This document shows positions 57,202 to 64,000 of a stretch of 64,000 bases of DNA, in pieces; the first letter of the stretch is position 1; each line of letters begins with the position of its first letter. Source of the stretch: Syntrophaceae bacterium (GTDB taxonomy: Bacteria; Desulfobacterota; Syntrophia; Syntrophales; Smithellaceae); assembly GCA_003142535.1 (NCBI GenBank), contig PLMQ01000018.1, positions 25,573 through 89,572 of the forward strand. Direction: 5' to 3'. The notes beneath the pieces are model-generated. The model searched no databases and was not told the DNA's origin. It saw only the letters and a list, made by a program, of their open reading frames with translations. Both the position numbers and the translations under genes were made by a program.

Positions 57202-58197
57202 TTAATTAGACTTCCTTTTCAAAAGAAAAATAAAATAAGGCGCGCCGCAAAGAGCGGTGATCACACCAACAGGTAATTCCGATGGGGCTAAAATAATTCT
57301 GGCGATTGTGTCGGCGGCCACCAAAAAAGCAGCGCCGAAAAGAGCGGCGGCAGGTAAAAGCAGGCGATGGTCGGAGCCGAAAAGTAGGCGCATCATATGC
57401 GGCACAATGATGCCGACAAAACCAATAATACCGCTCAAAGACACGGCAACGGCGGTAATAAGGGATGTGATAATTAAAAGCCCCTGCTTGGAGCGATCTA
57501 CATTAACCCCCAATTGCCTCGCCGTTTCATCACCCTGAACAAACAAATTTAATTTACGCGCCTGCAGGTAAAGAAAAATAAATCCGCCAATCAGACAAGC
57601 TGCGGCTATCCAAACTTCTTTTACCGATGCGCGGGAAAGATCGCCCATCAGCCAGAATGTAATACTGTGCAATTCCATGCTGTTTACTATCGAAAGGAAA
57701 AACAGGATAGCAGCGGAAAAAAAAGCATTCACGACGACACCGGAAAGTAAAAGCGAATTATCCAAAAGAGGTCCTCTGCCGCCGCCGGCAACAATAAAAA
57801 CCAGAAATACAGTAGCCAGAGCTCCGAAAAAAGCAAGCAGGGGCACACCGAGATAAAATGATCCGGCTCCAATAAGTATTCCAATAATTGCTCCCAAAGC
57901 CGAACCGCCGGAAATTCCCAAAACATAGGGGTCAGCTAGTGGATTGCGCAGCAGCGCCTGAAAAACAACACCGCTGAGCGAAAGAGAAGCACCGACAATA
58001 CCGGCGAAAATTATTCGGGGCAAACGTACGGAAAAAATGATTAATTCATCCTGTGCGGAAAGAGAATATCGTCCGGTAAAAATATCCGTGAAAGACATTA
58101 GTATCTGCCCGGGATTAATATAGACGCTGCCCGCTGCAAGTGAGACGATGCCCAGCGCCAGCAAAATAATGAACATTACCGCGCTGATTTTCAGCAC
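57202..58197 (-). CDS. FecCD-family permease (BtuC-like)
   Basis: 331 aa, polytopic. Contains RLPRI and a C-terminus (GAPYFIFLL) typical of FecCD/BtuC. Confidence 0.8.
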   Translation of the reverse strand: MLKISAVMFIILLALGIVSLAAGSVYINPGQILMSFTDIFTGRYSLSAQDELIIFSVRLPRIIFAGIVGASLSLSGVVFQALLRNPLADPYVLGISGGSALGAIIGILIGAGSFYLGVPLLAFFGALATVFLVFIVAGGGRGPLLDNSLLLSGVVVNAFFSAAILFFLSIVNSMELHSITFWLMGDLSRASVKEVWIAAACLIGGFIFLYLQARKLNLFVQGDETARQLGVNVDRSKQGLLIITSLITAVAVSLSGIIGFVGIIVPHMMRLLFGSDHRLLLPAAALFGAAFLVAADTIARIILAPSELPVGVITALCGAPYFIFLLKRKSN

Positions 58198-58246
58198 TCT
58201 GGATAATTTTACCCGATGATAAATAGCAAATTCCCCCTCAAATCAA

Positions 58247-58600
58247 TTATTGCTTATCCTTATTTTTCTTATTTTTTCTTTTATCAATGACGGTATTGCG
58301 TAGAATTTCCCATGCTTTTTCTACTTTTTTCGCCTCTTCCTCATCGGCCTCACTCACAGTGCTTTTGCCGGTTGTATAAATGGTTACGGTATTTCCGTCT
58401 TTGTCTTTAACCTCTTGAACACCCATTGTGGCAGTTGGATCTTTCGCGGCCTCTTCCTGCTGAATCATTAATTGAATGGTTTTGTCGCTGACACCGGCTT
58501 TTTTCAATTCCACTACTTGCTGCGGTGTCAGTGCAAAACAAGAAATTGCCACCAATAAAGCGCCCACAAAAACTGCGCAGCTAACTATTGTTTTTTTCAT
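58247..58600 (-). CDS. small secreted hypothetical protein with Lys-rich tail
   Basis: Signal-like N-terminus (MKKTIVSCAVFVGALLVAISCFA). First gene of the btuCD-like cluster. Confidence 0.45.
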   Translation of the reverse strand: MKKTIVSCAVFVGALLVAISCFALTPQQVVELKKAGVSDKTIQLMIQQEEAAKDPTATMGVQEVKDKDGNTVTIYTTGKSTVSEADEEEAKKVEKAWEILRNTVIDKRKNKKNKDKQ

Positions 58601-58735
58601 ATAATTCACCTTATTTGGGTTCAACCGTTTTTCCAATAATAATCAATTACGAATATTATAAATTAACCGACAAATTACAGATAATTATTGCTTCAGTCAA
58701 GTATCCTTATTGAAGATTAATGTTCGTGGATTTTA

Positions 58736-59818
58736 ATGCAAAGACTTGTTAATATGCATTTCAGGTTATCACATCGTAAGAAAGCGCCAGAGAATATGAT
58801 TATCAATGCAATATTGTTGACTTTAGCAATAGCCATTTTTATTATTGTTTTTCCTATGATTAAAATTGCTCATACCCCATCCGAGATGAAAGATGTTCCT
58901 CACCCGGACTCTTTGTCTCTTACTCACCAGCTTTACCGTCATGTTGAGGTGCTAAGTTCAGAAATCGGTTCACGAAGCCTTAATGAGATCGATAAAATAG
59001 ATAGGGCTAGGAATTATATTGAAACTTGCCTCCTGGAGGGAGGATTGCCGTATGTCCGGCAGGATTATCAATATTACAATAAGAAGACATACAGCAATAT
59101 TATTGTCACCCGTCCAGGTGGGACTAAGCCTGCAGAAACAATAGTTATCGGCGCGCATTATGATACTATTTCCACCACTCCCGGAGCAGATGATAATGCT
59201 TCCGCTGTGGCCGTACTTTTAGAGATGTGCCTCGCCTTGAAGGATTACTTGCCGGATAAAACTTTAAAGCTGGTTTTCTTTACACTGGAAGAACCACCGG
59301 CTTTCGATACTAATAAAATGGGTAGCTATGTTTTTGCCGAAGACGCCAAAAAAAGGGGCGAAAGCATTTATGCCATGATTTCGCTGGAGATGCTTGGCTA
59401 TTATAGCAACAGGAAAAAAGGGCAGCAATTCCCCCTGCCTTTCATGAACATGTTTTATCCGACAACGCCTGATTTTATTTTAATAGTCGGTGATTCTGCC
59501 TCCAAGTATATTGTAGAATTAACAGGAGATAATATTCGTCAGGCGTCTGACGTGCAGGTGGAGACTCTCACTGTCCCCCGTTTTTTTCCGGGGATTACTC
59601 TTTCCGACAACTCATCATTCTGGAAAATGGGATATAACGCGATAATGATAACGGACACCGGATTTTATCGCAATCCCAATTACCATTCACCCAAAGATAC
59701 AATCGGGACTCTGGATTTCCATAAAATGACGTCGCTTTGTTCCGGCTTAGTGGAAACAATAAAAGTGTTATGCAAAAGCGAAAATTATTCCGGGGATGAC
59801 CACGGGCATGATCTGTAA
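58736..59818 (+). CDS. M28-family metallopeptidase (membrane-anchored)
   Basis: Contains GAHYDT, GADDNASAVAVLLE and EEPP, and has an N-terminal TM helix. Confidence 0.75.
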   Translation: MQRLVNMHFRLSHRKKAPENMIINAILLTLAIAIFIIVFPMIKIAHTPSEMKDVPHPDSLSLTHQLYRHVEVLSSEIGSRSLNEIDKIDRARNYIETCLLEGGLPYVRQDYQYYNKKTYSNIIVTRPGGTKPAETIVIGAHYDTISTTPGADDNASAVAVLLEMCLALKDYLPDKTLKLVFFTLEEPPAFDTNKMGSYVFAEDAKKRGESIYAMISLEMLGYYSNRKKGQQFPLPFMNMFYPTTPDFILIVGDSASKYIVELTGDNIRQASDVQVETLTVPRFFPGITLSDNSSFWKMGYNAIMITDTGFYRNPNYHSPKDTIGTLDFHKMTSLCSGLVETIKVLCKSENYSGDDHGHDL

Positions 59819-59832
59819 AAAGTTGATTAAAA

Positions 59833-59908
59833 TGGAGCCGATGAGCGGGATCGAACCGCTGACCTGCTGATTACGAATCAGCTGCTCTACCAGCTGAGCT
59901 ACATCGGC
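59833..59908 (-). tRNA. tRNA-Thr (anticodon CGT), CCA encoded
   Basis: Acceptor GCCGATG/CATCGGC, D-arm AGCTCAGCTGGTAGAGC, anticodon stem GCTGA/TCAGC with loop TTCGTAA, and T-arm GCGGTTCGATCCCGC. Folded by hand. Confidence 0.85.
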
Positions 59909-60014
59909 ATCCTGAATATCCGGTAAGAGAAGAAGTCCTTATCTTAAGGACTTAGCGTTGTCAAGTTTTTGTATAACCGTTACACCCGGCTATTGCTATT
60001 TACCGAGGCGCTTA

Positions 60015-60791
60015 TCATTTTAAATTTTGCGCCAGCACCGCGGCGCCGATGGCGCCGGTAAGTTGGGCATGTTCGGAAATTATGGTGTTGATATTCAGCG
60101 CCTTTTCCAGCGCTTTTACTGCTCCGATATTTTTGGCCACACCTCCGGTGATCATTACAGGCACAGTCAAGCCTGCTCTGGCAGCTAAGGCGGATACTCT
60201 GGTGGCTATGGATTCATGGATGCCCGCGGCGATATCTTCCCTCGCGACTCCCTTGGAGATTAGCGATATGACCTCCGATTCGGCAAACACGGTGCAAAGG
60301 CTGCTTATTGGGGCCGGTTTTTGCGATTTCAGTGATAAAGCGCCGAATTTGTCCAGATCAATCTCCAGCGCCCGCGCCATGACTTCCAGAAAGCGTCCCG
60401 TACCCGCCGCGCACTTGTCGTTCATAACAAAGTTTTTCACTTTGCCGTTTTCATCCAGCAGAATTGCTTTGCTGTCCTGTCCGCCGATATCAATGATAAA
60501 GCGGATGGTGTTGTTCAGATAACGCGCCCCTGCCGCATGGCAGGTAATTTCGGTTATTGCTTTATCGGCAAAACTGACGCTGCCGCGTCCGTAGCCGGTA
60601 GACACAACTTTAATATGCTCTGATTCTTTAAGCCCCGCTTCCTGTAAAATTTCCGTAAATATCTTTTTCCCCGCTGCCTCGGAGTTATAGCCGGTAAAAA
60701 TAAGTTTGGTTGCGGCGAGCTTTCCGTATTTGAACAGCGCGGCTTTAGTTGTGATGGAGCCGATATCAATGCCTGCCGTGTACATTCCCAA
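60015..60791 (-). CDS. BcrAD/BadFG/HgdC-type ATPase (dehydratase/reductase activase)
   Basis: Contains GIDIGSITTKAALF and CAAGTGRFLEVMA, with the conserved Cys for the bridging [4Fe-4S] cluster. Confidence 0.85.
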   Translation of the reverse strand: MGMYTAGIDIGSITTKAALFKYGKLAATKLIFTGYNSEAAGKKIFTEILQEAGLKESEHIKVVSTGYGRGSVSFADKAITEITCHAAGARYLNNTIRFIIDIGGQDSKAILLDENGKVKNFVMNDKCAAGTGRFLEVMARALEIDLDKFGALSLKSQKPAPISSLCTVFAESEVISLISKGVAREDIAAGIHESIATRVSALAARAGLTVPVMITGGVAKNIGAVKALEKALNINTIISEHAQLTGAIGAAVLAQNLK

Positions 60792-62033
60792 TTAAGCTCC
60801 CTTTCTTTCCCTGACCAGTTCCATAAAGGCGTCAATGCGCGTGGCGATTTGGCTTTCCGAAAAAAATCTTTCATCAACCATGTCCGCTTCAATCATCAAG
60901 GAAGGCAGGCCGCGCTCTTTGCGGACTATGCGCTGAATATCCAGTTGGCCGAAGGAGTAAGGCTTGCAACTGCGGTTGGAATGCATGACTAATCCGTCAA
61001 CATCATATTTATCAACCATCTTGATTACTTCCCTGGCCATCTCATCAATGCCGATATTCAGATAAATGCGGGAATAGCCTTCCGCCATGGATTCCAGAAA
61101 ATTATTCTCATCAATATATTTCAATGCTCCGCACCAGGCCGAAGTGTAAGTATCCGCGACAAGACAAGCATCCGCTGCCGCAAATTTTTCGGAAAGCCAC
61201 TTCGTCCGGTACCAGATGGGCAGATTGTCCCATAATAGACGATATTTTTCGTTTGCGACGGCACCGATGCCATCAGCAATGCGCTGTTTCATCTCGGCCA
61301 GCAGCTCTTTATAATAATCAACCGCCAGCTTTGTGCCGCGTAGCGTAACAATCAGCGCCAGATGAAAAAAAGCATCAAAGGCGGAAAGCGGCGCCGGTTT
61401 GTTTTGCGCAGTATCCAGCACAGCCTGCCAGAGCCTTTGCCCTTCAACCGAAATTTTGCCGACCTCCTTCATCCGGTCATGATCCATCTTTTTTGCGCAG
61501 ACATCTTCCAAAAATAATATATATTCTTCAATTTGTTTACGGACGTATTTTCTCGCTTCATCCGTGAACTGGGTATGGCAAAAAGGTGTATCTAGGATAA
61601 ACAGCGGCACATTGAAATACCGGGCCTGCACTTCATACCATTTGAGCACGGTGCCGCAGATATTATTGCAGCAGATCAGCATGTCCGGTTTGGGTAGTCC
61701 CCCGATCGGGCCGCCGTTGACAGTCGCGCAGGAAATATCCGAACGTGCGTAAGAGCATAAATCGCTCGAATAGTTCATGGCTTCCGCCTTCTGGCACAGA
61801 TCAATACCCATTTTGGAAGCGCCGATCATCGCGCCGTGATTTTCGGGATAAACGGGAATGACGTCCATGGCGATCAGCGGCTCCACCGGGCCTCCGCTGG
61901 TTATCCAGGCGACTTTCTTGCCCGTTTGCTCCGCCATTTTCGCCTCGATATAATACGTCGTCATGATATCTTTCATCTTTTTGACGGATTTAATTTTTCG
62001 TTTTTCTTTTTCGGGGTCTTTTTCTTCGGCCAT
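60792..62033 (-). CDS. 2-hydroxyacyl-CoA dehydratase / benzoyl-CoA reductase B/C-family subunit
   Basis: 413 aa with the HgdA/BcrB-like pattern (conserved Cys residues, PVYPENHG). The gene abuts the activase gene with no intergenic gap. Confidence 0.7.
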   Translation of the reverse strand: MAEEKDPEKEKRKIKSVKKMKDIMTTYYIEAKMAEQTGKKVAWITSGGPVEPLIAMDVIPVYPENHGAMIGASKMGIDLCQKAEAMNYSSDLCSYARSDISCATVNGGPIGGLPKPDMLICCNNICGTVLKWYEVQARYFNVPLFILDTPFCHTQFTDEARKYVRKQIEEYILFLEDVCAKKMDHDRMKEVGKISVEGQRLWQAVLDTAQNKPAPLSAFDAFFHLALIVTLRGTKLAVDYYKELLAEMKQRIADGIGAVANEKYRLLWDNLPIWYRTKWLSEKFAAADACLVADTYTSAWCGALKYIDENNFLESMAEGYSRIYLNIGIDEMAREVIKMVDKYDVDGLVMHSNRSCKPYSFGQLDIQRIVRKERGLPSLMIEADMVDERFFSESQIATRIDAFMELVRERKGA

Positions 62034-62081
62034 ATGCGTCTCCTTGTGATAAACCGGTTATCTCTTATATCGCTCTTGTTG

Positions 62082-63203
62082 TTATAGCGTTTCTAAAAAT
62101 GCCTCAATGCGAGTTTGCAGCTGCCCCTGGGCCTGTGGCTGATCTTCAACCTCCAAGAGCAAGCTGGGGATGACCGCTTTATCCAGAGCTTCTTTTAAAT
62201 AGGGATAGTCAAAGGCATGGGGGTCGCAGAATTTAAGCAGCATGAAAATGACTCCGTCAGCGCCATTTTCCTGAGCCGTCTGAATAAGATTTTCCGCGCG
62301 ACTTTTATTGTCTTTATGTTTGGCGGAGCAAATTACTCGCTGTAAATATCTTTCCGCGATAGCGGTAATCGGATCACCATCGGTTTTAATCAGGCCTGCA
62401 AAATACCTGGAGCCTGTGCATAAATCATCAGCGACGACGTCTCCTCCGGCATCTTCGATCACTGAGTAAATATCGGGATGCGAGCATAAGCCGCCGGATA
62501 AGACCAGACGCTTCTTTTTTGTGTTAGTCGTTTTTATTGCGGACTTTTCGAGCTCTTTGATGGCACTTTGCAGAAGTTTCAGGTAGCTGCTTCTTTCCAT
62601 AATCATGGCGCCGCGTAGCAGGGTGTAAATATCTTTGCCCTTTATTATTTGCGGATTCTTGCTTTTCAATTCATAAACCCTTTTCAGACTGTTACGGATT
62701 TCATTATAGAGGGCTATTGATTTTCTCAGGTCATCACCGGTAATTTTGACTTTCAGCGCTTTTTCCAGATTACTGCGGAAAAGATTAAGCACATCGATCA
62801 AATACTCTCGGGCGCTGGCGGTGTTGAGCTTAACCGGCAAAACGACATCCAGATGAAAACCGGCAGGCACGTTGAGTCGCCAGATATCTGAGAGCCGCTG
62901 CACCGTATCGCAGGTATGCGGGAAAATCATGCCGTCCAGAAAATTCAAATCACCTGATAAGGCATCTTCCAGCACACCGCGCACCAGTGAACAGCAGTAA
63001 GCCTGCAGATGGCCATCGGCGAGGATAATGTTTTTGTTGGAGCCAAACAAGCGTAAAGGATGCGCCCCGGCAGCGAAAATAATTTCTTCCGGCGCATAAG
63101 TGCACATGTAACCCACAACTTTTTTGCCGCCGTCTTTCTTCAGCTTCCGCGCGTAAGTAAAAGGATCAGCAACTGCTGCGGTCAGTATTTCCAAGCTTTC
63201 CAT
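62082..63203 (-). CDS. 2-hydroxyacyl-CoA dehydratase-family subunit (second subunit)
   Basis: 373 aa, HgdB/BcrC-like (YMCTYAPEEI, FCDPH). First gene of the three-gene operon. Confidence 0.7.
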   Translation of the reverse strand: MESLEILTAAVADPFTYARKLKKDGGKKVVGYMCTYAPEEIIFAAGAHPLRLFGSNKNIILADGHLQAYCCSLVRGVLEDALSGDLNFLDGMIFPHTCDTVQRLSDIWRLNVPAGFHLDVVLPVKLNTASAREYLIDVLNLFRSNLEKALKVKITGDDLRKSIALYNEIRNSLKRVYELKSKNPQIIKGKDIYTLLRGAMIMERSSYLKLLQSAIKELEKSAIKTTNTKKKRLVLSGGLCSHPDIYSVIEDAGGDVVADDLCTGSRYFAGLIKTDGDPITAIAERYLQRVICSAKHKDNKSRAENLIQTAQENGADGVIFMLLKFCDPHAFDYPYLKEALDKAVIPSLLLEVEDQPQAQGQLQTRIEAFLETL

Positions 63204-63222
63204 CAGTATCTCCCTGATTATG

Positions 63223-63289
63223 ATACCCTTTCGCTTTCTTTGGCTAACTTTGTTGGCTGCGTCGTTATCCTTTGAAAGCGAAAGGGTAT
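63223..63289. repeat. family-2 hairpin element, copy H (minimal level-0 form)
   Basis: ATACCCTTTCGCTTTC ... GAAAGCGAAAGGGTAT encloses TTTGGCTAACTTTGTTGGCTGCGTCGTTATCC. It lies 20 nt upstream of the dehydratase operon start codon. Confidence 0.8.
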
Positions 63290-63643
63290 GAGATTATGTG
63301 ACTAATTAAAGAATCACATTAAACAAACATAGATATAATTCCAAATAGTATTCTGAAACGCAAGTATAATTTAGGATGCCCTGGTGACCATTTGAGTTAT
63401 GTAAAGCCCCTTGTCTGACACATTTTATGAATTGACATATGTGATAGCATTTGGCTTTTCGCGACGCAGTCACCCTGTTGCTTAATTGGTCGGTCAGGTT
63501 GCAAACTTATAACACGACTGATTATTCCGTTTGACATTGCCATGGGTAAATATTAAATTAAACCTGACTTTTAGGTTAATAAGTTTCGTAACAAATATCT
63601 TTTTATTTTCAGCCACACCTTTTATCGCGTCAGGGGGCATCAG

Positions 63644-64000
63644 ATGAAAGAGCCATCCAAGACAAAGCAGGAACTTATCGAAGAGATAGCCGCCTTAAAG
63701 AAGAAAATCAAGAAACTGGAAAAATCAGAAACATCGCGCAAGCAGGCGGAGGATGAGCTGAGGGAGACAGAAAAGCATTATCGGCAGCTAGCAGAGGATA
63801 TGCCGGCGTTTATTTGCACTTTCTTGCCGGATAGCACCCTGACCTACGTCAATCCGGCCTACTGTGAAATATTTCAAAAGCGCCCAGATGAACTTGTTGG
63901 ACAAAAATTCCTTAATTTCTTGCCGGATGAAGCGATTCGCGAAAATGTTCGACGCCAATACATGTCCCTCACTCCTGAAAATTCGGTGCATACTTATGAA
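63644..64000 (+). CDS. PAS-domain sensor protein, N-terminal part (runs off the right edge)
   Basis: Translation from the ATG at 63644 gives MKEPSKTKQELIEEIAALKKKIKKLEKSE.. (coiled-coil), then a PAS start (AEDMPAFICTFLPDSTLTYVNPAYCEIFQKRPDELVGQKF). The frame is open to the window end. Confidence 0.7.
   Translation, partial: MKEPSKTKQELIEEIAALKKKIKKLEKSETSRKQAEDELRETEKHYRQLAEDMPAFICTFLPDSTLTYVNPAYCEIFQKRPDELVGQKFLNFLPDEAIRENVRRQYMSLTPENSVHTYE

Overview
This 64-kb chromosomal window looks like an anaerobic Desulfobacterota (deltaproteobacterium-like) genome. That assignment is an inference from gene content only: a dapF plus LL-DAP aminotransferase pair, selenocysteine use, BcrAD/HgdC-type activases with 2-hydroxyacyl-CoA-dehydratase-like enzymes, and FdhE. 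Most of the window is housekeeping. It holds a type II secretion block (gspM/N/C-like, gspA/exeA, gspB-like TPR, gspD, gspE), dapF-dapL, ychF, mobB, thrC, a Sec-containing selD, ddl, a TRAP transporter, fdhE, nth, gap-tpiA-secG-tRNA-Leu, rnd, a bioY-ecfA-ecfT biotin ECF transporter, a B12-riboswitch-controlled TonB receptor beside btuCD-like genes, an M28 peptidase, tRNA-Thr, and an activase plus two-subunit dehydratase operon. Three parts stand out. (1) At 35.85-39.5 kb there is an integron-type cassette array with five very similar attC-like imperfect palindromes and five minus-strand cassettes (hicBA, vapBC, three unknowns). No integrase gene is present in the window. (2) Two families of hairpin-forming modular intergenic repeats occur at nine loci. 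They conserve structure rather than stem sequence, share a loop core with the attC-like sites, and carry nested insertions in their loops, including a 16-18 nt mini-insert (GTGACCTTTAGGTTA). The cassette array itself begins inside the loop of one such module. (3) At 22-30 kb there is an accessory biosynthetic/glycan block: an unknown protein, an FkbO/Hyg5-like RidA-fold protein, a beta-propeller-like protein, two ATP-grasp amidoligase-like proteins, a radical SAM protein and a GT2. A 1397-aa fused double-activase/dehydratase-like protein lies next to it. All calls rest on reading the sequence and on remembered family motifs. No database search or folding program was run.
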